DNA of 64,000 nt from Clostridia bacterium (lineage in GTDB: Bacteria; Bacillota; Clostridia; Christensenellales; CAG-917): the NCBI GenBank assembly GCA_900763875.1, contig CAAFLX010000001.1, forward strand, positions 10,752-74,751, read 5' to 3'. A program made the translations under genes and the position numbers. Positions 54,961 to 64,000 of this stretch are shown here, piece by piece. Position 1 is the first letter of the stretch. Every line of letters begins with the position of its first letter. The notes beneath the pieces are model-generated. The model was not told where the DNA came from, ran no database searches, and saw nothing but the letters and a program-made list of their open reading frames with translations.

Positions 54961-55027
54961 GACGTAATGTGAAAAAAGAGGTGGATTTATAATCATAATT
55001 GATTATAATGGATGCAAAGAGGTAGTT

Positions 55028-56128
55028 ATGCAAGACATCAAACAATCAAGGCAAATCATCAACGAAGTGGACGAGCAGATGGCGCGTCTGTTTGAGCAAC
55101 GCATGCAGGCGTGCGAGCAAATTGCCCTTTACAAAAAAGAGAACGGTTTGAGCGTGCGCGACAGCGAAAGGGAAGAGCAGGTTGTTGCAAGCAACAGCAA
55201 ATATATACAAGACGAGAATCTCGTGCCGTATTATAGGGATTTTGTCCGAGCCACGATGGACGTATCTTGTCGCTATCAAACCGCGCTCATGCGAAACATG
55301 CGCGTTGCGTATTGCGGGATCGAGGGCGCGTTTGCGTACATAGCCGCAAAAAAAATGTACCCCGATGCAGAATACGTTGCGTTTTCAAACTTTCAGGACG
55401 CATACGACGCGACGGCGAGCGGAGATTGCGATTGCTCGGTTTTGCCGCTTGAAAACAGCTATGCAGGCGAAGTCGGCGAGGTGATGGACTTGATTTTTTC
55501 GAAAGATTTGCACATCAATCAGGTGGTTGACGTTGCCATCGCGCACAATCTCATCGCTAAAAAAGGCGCGCAAATCGAGGATATTAAAACCGTAGTGAGT
55601 CACCCTCAGGCACTTGCCCAGTGCGAGGAGTATATAAAAGCGCACGGCTTTGAAACGAGGGCGTATTCAAACACCGCGCTTGCTGCAAAATTTGTTGCCG
55701 AGGCGCAAGATTCGAGCGTGGCGGCACTTGCCTCCGACGAAACGGCAAGAATGTTTGACCTTGACGTCCTTGACGCTCACGTCAACGACAATGCAAACAA
55801 TACAACGAGATTTGCGGCGTTTTCAAGGTCGGAAAATTTGTCTGCTTCCGTCGCAAAAAGAGCGGATGAAAACTTCATTTTGGCGTTCACCGTGCAAAAC
55901 GAATCGGGTGCGCTTGCAAGCGCGCTCAACATCATCGGCGCGCACAATTTCAATATGCGCACTCTCCGCTCAAGACCTATGAAAGACTTGCAGTGGAACT
56001 ACTATTTTTACATCGAGGCGGAGGGCAATATCCGCACCCAAAACGGCAGAGATATGATGCAGGAACTTTCCGCGCTTTGCGCCAAGCTCAAACTCGTGGG
56101 CAGTTATTTTGCAAACAACGTGAGGTAG
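55028..56128 (+). CDS. pheA: Bifunctional chorismate mutase / prephenate dehydratase (P-protein)
   Basis: N-terminal CM_2-like helix region, a PDT domain with the TRF motif (NNTTRFAAF), and a C-terminal ACT domain with SRP (LRSRPMK). Confidence 0.9.
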   Translation: MQDIKQSRQIINEVDEQMARLFEQRMQACEQIALYKKENGLSVRDSEREEQVVASNSKYIQDENLVPYYRDFVRATMDVSCRYQTALMRNMRVAYCGIEGAFAYIAAKKMYPDAEYVAFSNFQDAYDATASGDCDCSVLPLENSYAGEVGEVMDLIFSKDLHINQVVDVAIAHNLIAKKGAQIEDIKTVVSHPQALAQCEEYIKAHGFETRAYSNTALAAKFVAEAQDSSVAALASDETARMFDLDVLDAHVNDNANNTTRFAAFSRSENLSASVAKRADENFILAFTVQNESGALASALNIIGAHNFNMRTLRSRPMKDLQWNYYFYIEAEGNIRTQNGRDMMQELSALCAKLKLVGSYFANNVR

Positions 56129-56131
56129 AAG

Positions 56132-57136
56132 ATGATTTTGAAATCAAAAGCCGAAGGTCAATACTATGATATTGTGGTTGAAAGAGGCGTTCTGAACAAC
56201 ATAGGACAACTTGTCAATCTTCAAAGAAAAGTGCTTATCGTCACCGACGACGGCGTGCCGAAAGAGTATTCTCAAACGGTTGCCGCCGCAAGCAAAACGC
56301 CCGTGGTCGTCACCCTCAAACAGGGCGAGCAAAGCAAAAACTTTGACAATTTCAAGCTCATTCTTGCCACTATGCTCCAAAACGGTTTCACAAGAAAGGA
56401 TTGCGTTGTGGCAGTGGGCGGCGGCGTTGTGGGCGATATTGCGGGATTTTCGGCGGCGTGCTATATGCGAGGCGTGGAGTTTTTCAACGTCCCGACAACG
56501 CTGTTGTCACAACTCGACTCGTCCATAGGCGGAAAAACCGCGATTGATTTCGAGGGCGTGAAGAACGTTGTGGGAAGTTTTTTTGAGCCGTCAAAAGTGA
56601 TAATCGATTTGGACACGCTCAAAACGCTCGACGATAGACAACTGCACGCAGGGCTTGTCGAGGGTATAAAAATGGCACTCACCTCGAATAAGAGGTTGTT
56701 TGAAGCAATCGAAAATAGCGTGGATTTGCAAAAAGATTTGCAACTCATCGTGCAAAGCTCGCTGATAATAAAACGCGACATCGTTGAAAAAGACCCAAAA
56801 GAAAAAGACTTGCGTATGGTGCTGAACTTCGGTCACACGCTCGGTCACGCAATCGAGAGCGCAAAAAAAGGGAAGCTCCTGCACGGAGAGTGTGTGGGAA
56901 TCGGTATGCTTGCAACTTGCTCAAACAGCGTAAGACAAAGGCTTGTAAAAGTGCTTGAAAAATACAATTTGCCGACAAAGGCGGATTGCGACAGAGAGGA
57001 ACTTGTGAGGCTTATCGCCCACGACAAAAAGTCGCAAGGGGACAAAATCCGCACCGTCATAGTGGACGCGCCCGCCGCTTGGCGATTTGTGGATATGACG
57101 GCAGACGAAATCGTTGAAAGAGAGGACAGATTATGA
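56132..57136 (+). CDS. aroB: 3-dehydroquinate synthase
   Basis: GGGVVGDIAGF motif and HGECVGIG motif. 334 aa. Confidence 0.9.
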   Translation: MILKSKAEGQYYDIVVERGVLNNIGQLVNLQRKVLIVTDDGVPKEYSQTVAAASKTPVVVTLKQGEQSKNFDNFKLILATMLQNGFTRKDCVVAVGGGVVGDIAGFSAACYMRGVEFFNVPTTLLSQLDSSIGGKTAIDFEGVKNVVGSFFEPSKVIIDLDTLKTLDDRQLHAGLVEGIKMALTSNKRLFEAIENSVDLQKDLQLIVQSSLIIKRDIVEKDPKEKDLRMVLNFGHTLGHAIESAKKGKLLHGECVGIGMLATCSNSVRQRLVKVLEKYNLPTKADCDREELVRLIAHDKKSQGDKIRTVIVDAPAAWRFVDMTADEIVEREDRL

Positions 57137-58230
57137 AAAACACGTTTGGACAAAGCGTATCGCTCACGGTGTTCGGCGAGAGCCACGGAGCAGGCGTAGG
57201 CGTAGTGCTTGACGGGCTTTGCTCGGGCATTGACGTCAAAGACGAGGATATCAAACACGCTCTTGCAATGCGCGCGCCGTCTATGACAACGGACACTGCA
57301 AGACGAGAAAGGGACGCATATCAAATTCTATCGGGCGTGTTCAACGGCAAGACGACGGGCAGTCCTATTTGCATTTTCATACCCAACGAAAACACGGACA
57401 GCAAGGCTTATGAATACGGAGTCGCTCGCCCCTCGCATGCCGACTATGCCGCATTTTGCAAGTATGGCGGATTTGAAGATTATAGAGGCGGCGGACACTT
57501 TTCGGGCAGAGTGACGGCAGGCATTGTCGCTGTCGGCGCAATCTTGAAAGAGGCGTTAAAAAGAGTCGGAATCTCAATCGGCACACATATCCTTGAATGT
57601 GCCAACGTGCGCGATAACGAGTTTGACGATATACAAAACGAGGTTTTAACCCTCGATTGTACAAAATTCCCCGTTTTGAACGAGGAGAAAGGCAAAGAGA
57701 TGATTGCTTGCATAGAGGACGCAAAAGCGCACCTTGACAGCGTTGGAGGCATAACTCAAACCGCTATCGTGGGCGTGCCGTCGGGCGTTGGCGAACCTAT
57801 GTTCGACAGCGTTGAGGGGGTGCTTGCGCACGCTCTGTTTGCAATCGGCGGCGTAAAGGGCGTGGAGTTCGGAAAGGGGTTTGCGATGAGCAAGATGTTC
57901 GGCTCTTGTGCGAACGACGCTTTTCAAATGAACAACGGAAAAGTCACGACCAAAACCAACAACAACGGCGGCATAAACGGCGGCATTGCCAACGGTATGC
58001 CAATCGTGTTTAACCTTGCAATCAAGCCTACGCCGTCCATTGCAAAAAAACAAAACACCGTTGATTTTGTCAGCGGCAAGAACAGCCAAATCGAGATTGT
58101 TGGCAGACACGACCCTGCAATCGTAAGGCGAATTTGCCCGGTTGTGAACAGCGTAAGCGCGCTTGTGACGTGCGACTTGCTTGCTCAAAGATACGGAACG
58201 GACGTGTTCAAAAAGGGTATAAATCGATGA
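57133..58230 (+). CDS. aroC: Chorismate synthase
   Basis: The N-terminus FGQSVSLTVFGESHG is typical. 365 aa. Overlaps aroB by 4 bp. Confidence 0.95.
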   Translation: MKNTFGQSVSLTVFGESHGAGVGVVLDGLCSGIDVKDEDIKHALAMRAPSMTTDTARRERDAYQILSGVFNGKTTGSPICIFIPNENTDSKAYEYGVARPSHADYAAFCKYGGFEDYRGGGHFSGRVTAGIVAVGAILKEALKRVGISIGTHILECANVRDNEFDDIQNEVLTLDCTKFPVLNEEKGKEMIACIEDAKAHLDSVGGITQTAIVGVPSGVGEPMFDSVEGVLAHALFAIGGVKGVEFGKGFAMSKMFGSCANDAFQMNNGKVTTKTNNNGGINGGIANGMPIVFNLAIKPTPSIAKKQNTVDFVSGKNSQIEIVGRHDPAIVRRICPVVNSVSALVTCDLLAQRYGTDVFKKGINR

Positions 58231-59471
58231 AGTACGGGCTTGTCGGTGAAAAACTGGGGCATAGTTATTCTTGTGAAATCCACGCTCTAATCGGGGACTA
58301 TGACTATAAGCTAACCCCTCTTGCAAAAGACGAGGTGGCGGAGTTTTTTAAGCGCAGAAATTTTTGCGCCGTCAACGTCACGATACCATACAAGGAAACC
58401 GTGATACCCTTGCTCGACGTCGTATCGCAAGAGGCAAAAGCAATAGGCGCGGTGAATACCGTTGTCAATCGCGATGGAAAACTGTTTGGGTATAACACCG
58501 ATTTTTACGGAATCAAGGCTCTTTTGCAAAAGGCGGATATTGACGTTTGCGGCAAAAACGTGCTTATCCTCGGCACGGGCGGTACGGCAAAGACGGCTGC
58601 TGCAGTGATGACGGCTTTGGGTGCAAAGAGGATAGAAAAGGTTTCTCGCTCGAAAAAAGAGGGAGCAATCGACTATGACGAGGCAAAAAAACGGGTTGAT
58701 ACGCACATAATCTTCAACGCAACGCCCGTGGGGACGTTCCCGAACGACGAGGGTTTGCCCTTGGATTTGAGCGGCTTTGAACGGCTTGAAGGAGTGCTTG
58801 ACGCAATTTATCATCCGCTTGCCACAAATCTCGTTCTCGGCGCAAGAGAGAAAGGGTGCAAGGCGGAGGGCGGACTGTATATGTTGGTTGCGCAAGCCGT
58901 GTATGCGTCAAGGTTGTTTTTTGGAAAAGAAATAGGCGACGTCGGCAAAGACGAGATTGACGATATATACGACAAAATCCTCGCACAAAAACAAAACGTC
59001 GTGCTTGTCGGTATGCCTTCGTCGGGCAAATCGACAATCGGCAAGAGAGTTGCAAAGATGCTCGGTCGCAAGTTTGTTGACACCGACGACGAGATTATAA
59101 AGAAAATCAAAATGCCTATTTCCGAGTTTTTTGCAAAGTTCGGCGAGAGTGAATTTAGAAAAATCGAGAGCGAGGTCATTGGCGAGATTGCAAAAGAGAG
59201 CGGAATCGTGATTGCAACGGGCGGTGGCGCAGTGCTTGCAAAACAGAACGTTTTCGCGCTCAAACGCAACGGTAAACTTGTGTTTTTGGACAGAAAACCG
59301 ACAAATCTCGTTGCGACCGAAACAAGACCGCTGTCCTCGAATAGGCAAGATTTGCAAAGGCTGTATGAGCAACGATACCCGATTTATTCGGCGTGCGCCG
59401 ACCTAAAAATCGAAAACGACGGCACTATCGACGATGTTGTGCGCGAAGTCGTAAAGGAGTTTGAAAAATGA
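58227..59471 (+). CDS. aroE: Fused shikimate dehydrogenase (N-terminal) / shikimate kinase (C-terminal)
   Basis: Start moved to ATG 58227, which overlaps the aroC stop as ATGA. The N-terminal roughly 250 aa are AroE-like (NVTIPYK, GTGGTAK). The C-terminal roughly 160 aa carry the P-loop GMPSSGKST and are AroK-like. Confidence 0.85.
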   Translation: MKYGLVGEKLGHSYSCEIHALIGDYDYKLTPLAKDEVAEFFKRRNFCAVNVTIPYKETVIPLLDVVSQEAKAIGAVNTVVNRDGKLFGYNTDFYGIKALLQKADIDVCGKNVLILGTGGTAKTAAAVMTALGAKRIEKVSRSKKEGAIDYDEAKKRVDTHIIFNATPVGTFPNDEGLPLDLSGFERLEGVLDAIYHPLATNLVLGAREKGCKAEGGLYMLVAQAVYASRLFFGKEIGDVGKDEIDDIYDKILAQKQNVVLVGMPSSGKSTIGKRVAKMLGRKFVDTDDEIIKKIKMPISEFFAKFGESEFRKIESEVIGEIAKESGIVIATGGGAVLAKQNVFALKRNGKLVFLDRKPTNLVATETRPLSSNRQDLQRLYEQRYPIYSACADLKIENDGTIDDVVREVVKEFEK

Positions 59472-59902
59472 AAATATTGGTGCTTAACGGGCCGAATATC
59501 AATATGCTGGGCATACGCGAGCCGCAAATTTATGGCAATCGCACTTACAACGACCTCGTGCAAAGCATACAGAAATATTGCGACGACAAGGGCGTTGAAG
59601 TGGCGTTTTTTCAGTCCAATCACGAAGGCGCGCTCATAGACAAGATTCAAGACGCCTACTTTTCAAAGGTGGACGGAATCGTGATAAACCCTGCCGGATA
59701 TACGCATACAAGCGTGGCTATCGCCGACGCGTTGAAGGGCGTGAATATCCCGTTTGTCGAGGTGCATATCTCAAACGTTGACGAGAGAGAGGAGTTCAGA
59801 AAAATCAGCTTTGTGAGAAACTATGCGCTAAAAACGATTTCGGGCAGAGGATTCGAGGGGTATATCGAGGCGATAAAAGTTCTTGAAAACTTGAAAAAAT
59901 AA
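59468..59902 (+). CDS. aroQ: Type II 3-dehydroquinate dehydratase
   Basis: [23 protein letters not shown] is the typical type II N-terminus. 144 aa. Confidence 0.95.
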   Translation: MKILVLNGPNINMLGIREPQIYGNRTYNDLVQSIQKYCDDKGVEVAFFQSNHEGALIDKIQDAYFSKVDGIVINPAGYTHTSVAIADALKGVNIPFVEVHISNVDEREEFRKISFVRNYALKTISGRGFEGYIEAIKVLENLKK

Positions 59903-60017
59903 AGTAAACCACGTTTGCAACAACAATAATCAACGGAAAATAACAATAACCTCAAAACAACGAGAATTTGAAAATCGCAGGGTAGTTCCGATGGCGATTT
60001 TGTAAAACGAAAAGAAT

Positions 60018-61223
60018 ATGAGAGTGACTTTTGAAAAATCCAAAGCGGTTGGAAGCGTTGCCGCTCCGCCGTCAAAAAGCGTTGCGCACAGATTGTTGAT
60101 TGCGTGCGCGCTCTCGCGTGCAAAAAGCGAGGTTCGGGGCATATCGGACAGTGAGGATATGCTCGCAACGCTGGATTGCATAAAGGCACTTGGAATAAAC
60201 GTCAGAAAGGACGGCGACGTCGTATACTTCGACGGCGGAGAAAACCGCACGGGAAATACGCCCGTTTTCGATTGCAGAGAGAGCGGAAGCACGTTGAGGT
60301 TTTTCTTGCCCGTTGCAAGCGTGTTTTGCGACGAGTGCGTGTTTGTAGGCTCAAAAAGATTGCTTGAAAGAGGCGTTGACGTGTATGAAAAAACACTTGG
60401 CGAACACGGCGTAAAAGTGCGTTGCGACGGCGGAAAAATCACCGTGTCGGGGTGGCTTGAAAGCGGCGTTTACACCCTCCCCGGCGATGTGAGCAGTCAG
60501 TACGTTTCGGGACTTGCGTTTGCGCTTGCGCTCCTAAAGGGCAACAGCGAAATAAGGGTTTTAGAACCCGTCGAGAGCAGGGCGTATATTGATATGACGA
60601 TTGAAGTTTTGAAAAAGACAGGCGTTGAAATCGTCGAAAAAGAAAGGAACGTGTTTTTTGTCAAGGGCGAGCAAAAGTACCGAGGAGGAACATACGAGGT
60701 CGAGGGCGATTGGTCAAACGGAGCAATGCTCCTTGCGCTCAAAGAAGTCGGCGGCAACGTCGAGGTGACGGGACTTGACGAAAACAGCGTGCAAGGGGAC
60801 AAGGTTTGCAAGCAAATTTTCAAATGTCTTGATGAGGAAAACGCCGTTGTCGATCTTGCAAATTGTCCCGATTTGGCACCGATTGCGTTTGTTGTGGCGG
60901 CTTTGAAAAGAGGCGCGACGTTTGTCGGAACAAGGCGGCTCAAAATCAAGGAGAGCGACCGCGCTATGGCTATGGCGCAAGAGCTTGCAAAGTTTGGGAT
61001 TTGCGTTGATGTGCGCGAAAACGAGGTTGTTGTGCATAAAAACGATATAAAAACACCGTGTTGTGATATTTGCGCACACAATGACCATAGAATCGTGATG
61101 GCGTGCAGCGTGCTGTTGAGCCTCGTTGGAGGCACGATTGACGGCGCACAGGCGGTGAGAAAAAGTTTCCCGAATTTCTTTGAAAAAATGGGAGAGCTTG
61201 GAGTGAGATATGAAGTTGAATAA
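60018..61223 (+). CDS. aroA: 3-phosphoshikimate 1-carboxyvinyltransferase (EPSP synthase)
   Basis: PPSKSVAHR motif and LPGDVSSQYVSGL motif. 401 aa. Confidence 0.9.
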   Translation: MRVTFEKSKAVGSVAAPPSKSVAHRLLIACALSRAKSEVRGISDSEDMLATLDCIKALGINVRKDGDVVYFDGGENRTGNTPVFDCRESGSTLRFFLPVASVFCDECVFVGSKRLLERGVDVYEKTLGEHGVKVRCDGGKITVSGWLESGVYTLPGDVSSQYVSGLAFALALLKGNSEIRVLEPVESRAYIDMTIEVLKKTGVEIVEKERNVFFVKGEQKYRGGTYEVEGDWSNGAMLLALKEVGGNVEVTGLDENSVQGDKVCKQIFKCLDEENAVVDLANCPDLAPIAFVVAALKRGATFVGTRRLKIKESDRAMAMAQELAKFGICVDVRENEVVVHKNDIKTPCCDICAHNDHRIVMACSVLLSLVGGTIDGAQAVRKSFPNFFEKMGELGVRYEVE

Positions 61224-62079
61224 GGATATGAAGATTCTTATTGTCGGTGTTGGATTGATTGGCGGAAGCTATGCGGAGGCTCTTTCAAAAAAAGGCTATG
61301 AGGTGGGCGCGATAGACAGCAGAAAAGAGGCTGTCGCGTTTGCCATTGAAAAAGGGTATATAGCAAGCGGAATGAGCGAGGTCGAGGGCGAGTACGTTGC
61401 AAAATTCGACCTTGTTGTGTTTGCGCTTTATCCGCACGCTTTTGTAGAGTGGGTGGAAAAAAATCAAGCGTTTTTCAAGAGTGGCGCAATTATAACCGAC
61501 GTGACGGGCGTGAAAGGGAGCGTGGTTTTCAAAGTGCAGGATATGCTCCGCTCGGACGTGGAGTTTATAAGCGCGCACCCTATGGCAGGCAGAGAGTGCT
61601 CGGGCGTGGAGAACGCAAAAGCGGAGATTTTTGACGGCGCAAATTATATCGTCGTCCCGACGGATAAAAATACGCAGGGCGCAATCGAGTTGTGCAAGGA
61701 TTTGGGCAAAACGCTGGGATTCGGGCGCGTTTGCGAGCTGTCCGTAAAGCAGCACGACGAGATGGTGGGATTTTTGTCGCACCTCACGCATTGCATTGCC
61801 GTGTCGCTGATGGTGTGCAAACAAAGCGAGCATCTTGCCGATTATACGGGCGATTCGTTTAGAGATTTGACGCGTATCGCAAAGATAAACGACGAGATGT
61901 GGAGCGAACTGTTTTTGGCAAATAAGGACGAAATCGTCGAGCAAATGAACCTTTTTGAGGAGCATTTTGAAAAACTTAAAGAATGTATTCAAAATGACGA
62001 TAGGGACGGAATAAGGCAAATGATGCGCCTCTCGAGCGCGCGCCGTAAGGCTTTCGACAAACGATACGAGGAGAAGTAG
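61210..62079 (+). CDS. tyrA: Prephenate dehydrogenase
   Basis: Rossmann motif ILIVGVGLIGGS and the HPMAG motif. 289 aa. ATG 61228 is an alternative start. Confidence 0.9.
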   Translation: MKLNKDMKILIVGVGLIGGSYAEALSKKGYEVGAIDSRKEAVAFAIEKGYIASGMSEVEGEYVAKFDLVVFALYPHAFVEWVEKNQAFFKSGAIITDVTGVKGSVVFKVQDMLRSDVEFISAHPMAGRECSGVENAKAEIFDGANYIVVPTDKNTQGAIELCKDLGKTLGFGRVCELSVKQHDEMVGFLSHLTHCIAVSLMVCKQSEHLADYTGDSFRDLTRIAKINDEMWSELFLANKDEIVEQMNLFEEHFEKLKECIQNDDRDGIRQMMRLSSARRKAFDKRYEEK

Positions 62080-62080
62080 T

Positions 62081-63109
62081 ATGAACGTGGAATTCAAAAG
62101 AAAAATGCCAACTTTGCAGGAAATCAAGGAAATGTACCCAATCGACGACAAGCTCGCCGCTTTGAAAAAGGATAGAGATGACGCACTCAAAAATATTTTC
62201 GAGGGCAAGGACGACAGATTTTTGCTTGTCATAGGCCCTTGCTCTGCCGATAGAGAGGACGCCGTGCTCGACTATATTTCAAGGCTTAGGGACGTGCAAA
62301 ACAAGGTTGAGGACAAAATCTTTATCGTGCCGCGTATTTATACCAACAAACCGCGCACAACCGGCGACGGATACAAGGGAATGCTCCACCAGCCCGATCC
62401 GCACGCAGGCGAAAATATGCTCAAAGGGCTTATCTCCATACGAAAACTGCACATTAAGGCTCTGCGCGAAACGGGATTTTCTTGCGCCGACGAGATGCTC
62501 TATCCCGAAAATCACCTCTACCTCTCGGACGTGCTTTCATACGTCGCGGTCGGGGCTAGGTCGGTTGAAAATCAGTTCCACCGCCTCACCGCAAGCGGTT
62601 TGGATATCCCTGTCGGCATGAAAAACCCCACCAGCGGCGATTTGTCCGTGATGATGAACTCGATACGCGCCGCTCAACATCCCCATACGTTTGTGTACAG
62701 CGGGTGGGAGGTCAACTCAAAGGGCAATCCGCTCGCTCACGCTATCCTGCGCGGCTCGGTGGACAAAAACGGGCAGACTATCCCAAACTATCACTATGAG
62801 GATTTGCGCAGGCTCGCCGATTTGTACGCACAAAGCGGTCTTGCAAATCCCGCCGTCATCGTCGATACCAATCACTCTAACTCCGCAAAAAAATTCTTCG
62901 AGCAACCGCGTATCGCCAAGGAAGTGCTGCACAGTATGCGCGAGGCGGCAGATATCAAAAAAATCGTCAAGGGCTTGATGATTGAATCCTACATCGAGGA
63001 GGGCGCGCAATCTCCCGACGACGGCGTGTACGGCAAATCTATCACCGACCCCTGCCTCGGCTGGCAAGACACGCAAAGGCTCATCTTCGACCTTGCAGAG
63101 CAACTGTAA
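62081..63109 (+). CDS. aroF: 3-deoxy-7-phosphoheptulonate (DAHP) synthase, class I
   Basis: LLVIGPCS and KPRTT motifs. 342 aa. The paralogue name (aroF/G/H) cannot be decided from sequence. Confidence 0.85.
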   Translation: MNVEFKRKMPTLQEIKEMYPIDDKLAALKKDRDDALKNIFEGKDDRFLLVIGPCSADREDAVLDYISRLRDVQNKVEDKIFIVPRIYTNKPRTTGDGYKGMLHQPDPHAGENMLKGLISIRKLHIKALRETGFSCADEMLYPENHLYLSDVLSYVAVGARSVENQFHRLTASGLDIPVGMKNPTSGDLSVMMNSIRAAQHPHTFVYSGWEVNSKGNPLAHAILRGSVDKNGQTIPNYHYEDLRRLADLYAQSGLANPAVIVDTNHSNSAKKFFEQPRIAKEVLHSMREAADIKKIVKGLMIESYIEEGAQSPDDGVYGKSITDPCLGWQDTQRLIFDLAEQL

Positions 63110-63111
63110 AC

Positions 63112-63147
63112 AAAACGTCCCGAACGAAACGAACGGGACGTTTTTTT
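63112..63147. terminator. Terminator of the aromatic operon
   Basis: AAACGTCCCG (63113-63122) pairs with CGGGACGTTT (63134-63143), a perfect 10-bp stem, followed by a T-run. Confidence 0.85.
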
Positions 63148-63207
63148 GTGTGGAGAAACAATCGCTTTGGTGGCTGCTTGTGAAACTGTTTGGATATGAG
63201 GGCGAGA

Positions 63208-63939
63208 TCAGTCTAGCAATTTGCCGTCTATTGAAATTGTTGCGACTTGCCAAGGGATAAATTTGCCGCTATCTTGCAAGGCTTTTTTGACTGCGTTTTC
63301 TATGCCGCCGCAACAGGGAACTTCCATTCGCACAACGGTTACGCTTTTGACGTCGTTGTTTTTGATGATTTCAGTGAGTTTTTGAGAGTAGTCCACCGAG
63401 TCGAGCTTGGGACAGCCTATAACGGTGATTTTTCCTCTCATAAATTCTTCGTGCATATTGGCGTAGGCATAGGCTGCGCAGTCTGCCGCAACAAGCAATT
63501 TTGCCCCCTCGAAATAGGGCGCATTTGCGTTGACAAGTTTGATTTGGCAAGGCCATTGACCGAGTCTCGACGTGGGCTTGGCAAGCATCGTGCTTTGGTT
63601 TTGTTCATTGTTGGAGGCGCGATTGAGCGTCATAGCCTTTTTACCGGGGCAACCCTCGTGAGAGAGAAAGACGCCGCCGTTTCTCATTTTTTCTTGCATT
63701 CTGGCTTGTTTATTTTTTAAAACCGCATCCTCGTTGTATGCTGCCGCTTCTCTTTCAACAAAAGATATCGCGCCTGTAGGGCAGGCTGGCAAACAATCTC
63801 CGAATCCGTCGCAATAATCGTCTCGTGTGAGTTTTGCTTTGCCGTTTATCATTTCGATTGCTCCTTCGTGACACGCATTTGCGCATGCACCGCAACCGTT
63901 GCACTTGTCTTCATCTATTTGGATAATTTTTCTTTTCAT
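63208..63939 (-). CDS. 4Fe-4S dicluster domain protein
   Basis: CNGCGACANAC and CLPACP ferredoxin motifs, with a C-terminal CPKLD...CCGG region. 243 aa. AAGGAG SD upstream. Confidence 0.75.
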   Translation of the reverse strand: MKRKIIQIDEDKCNGCGACANACHEGAIEMINGKAKLTRDDYCDGFGDCLPACPTGAISFVEREAAAYNEDAVLKNKQARMQEKMRNGGVFLSHEGCPGKKAMTLNRASNNEQNQSTMLAKPTSRLGQWPCQIKLVNANAPYFEGAKLLVAADCAAYAYANMHEEFMRGKITVIGCPKLDSVDYSQKLTEIIKNNDVKSVTVVRMEVPCCGGIENAVKKALQDSGKFIPWQVATISIDGKLLD

Positions 63940-63944
63940 TGGTT

Positions 63945-64000
63945 TTACTCCTTGTTTATAACTTCAAAACCTTGTTCCTCAAAGGCTTTTGCAATGATTT
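63945..64000 (-). CDS. 3' end of an upstream gene, truncated by the window edge
   Basis: The reverse-strand frame is open to the window edge and reads ...IIAKAFEEQGFEVINKE*. Only 18 codons are visible. Confidence 0.3.
   Translation of the reverse strand, partial: IIAKAFEEQGFEVINKE

Noticed and set aside
54697-55027. A T-box leader or TRAP-binding site upstream of the aromatic operon, and likewise upstream of metG (32419-32543) and gltX.
   Set aside because: No T-box consensus (AAnnnGGGTGGTACCGCG-like) or specifier-loop architecture is visible. There is no series of GAG/UAG triplets. The metG leader is only about 50 nt long.
54454-55045. ORFs of 92-167 aa on both strands across the pheA upstream region.
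   Set aside because: They are generated by the stop-free 21-23-bp repeat array and the A-tracts. They run through a promoter and a terminator and have no SD.

Overview
This 64-kb window looks like chromosome from a spore-forming Firmicute. Supporting signs are spmA/spmB, cwlD, GGAGG Shine-Dalgarno sites, TTGACA/TATAAT promoters and a B. subtilis-like metG-tatD-...-rsmA gene order. About 42% of the window (1626-28301, + strand, 26.7 kb) is one uninterrupted ORF. It predicts a protein of about 8,891 aa (roughly 1 MDa) with an N-terminal lipoprotein signal. The gene has no long near-identical DNA repeats. Instead I see about 13 divergent macro-modules. Each ends in a conserved LGxYY...xYxD junction motif followed by an acidic or Ser/Ala-rich low-complexity linker. 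A unique segment follows, then a C-terminal array of about 2,300 aa with beta-sandwich-like W-motif repeats. I recognise no wall-anchor motif and cannot assign the protein to a known family by eye, so it is the main candidate for something undescribed. The rest of the window is mostly housekeeping: an SPFH/zinc-ribbon gene pair, spmAB, metG, tatD, a radical SAM gene, rsmA, trmO, guaB, cwlD, radC, gltX, an S8 protease, ttcA, fba and a complete 8-gene shikimate/Phe/Tyr operon. Several noncoding signals stand out. (i) A self-contained 47-codon Tyr/Phe-rich small ORF sits upstream of the aromatic operon, with its own promoter, SD, terminator and a mutually exclusive 9-bp antiterminator pairing; this may be a ribosome-mediated attenuator. 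(ii) A family of roughly 124-nt hairpin repeats has conserved loops and covarying stems, and occurs as tandem pairs directly after two stop codons. (iii) A 21-23-bp periodic repeat array and exactly 10-bp-phased A-tracts lie in front of pheA. (iv) Four DnaA boxes cluster upstream of cwlD. (v) One gene has promoter geometry that predicts a leaderless mRNA. I recognised no rRNA, tRNA, CRISPR array, transposase or prophage gene.
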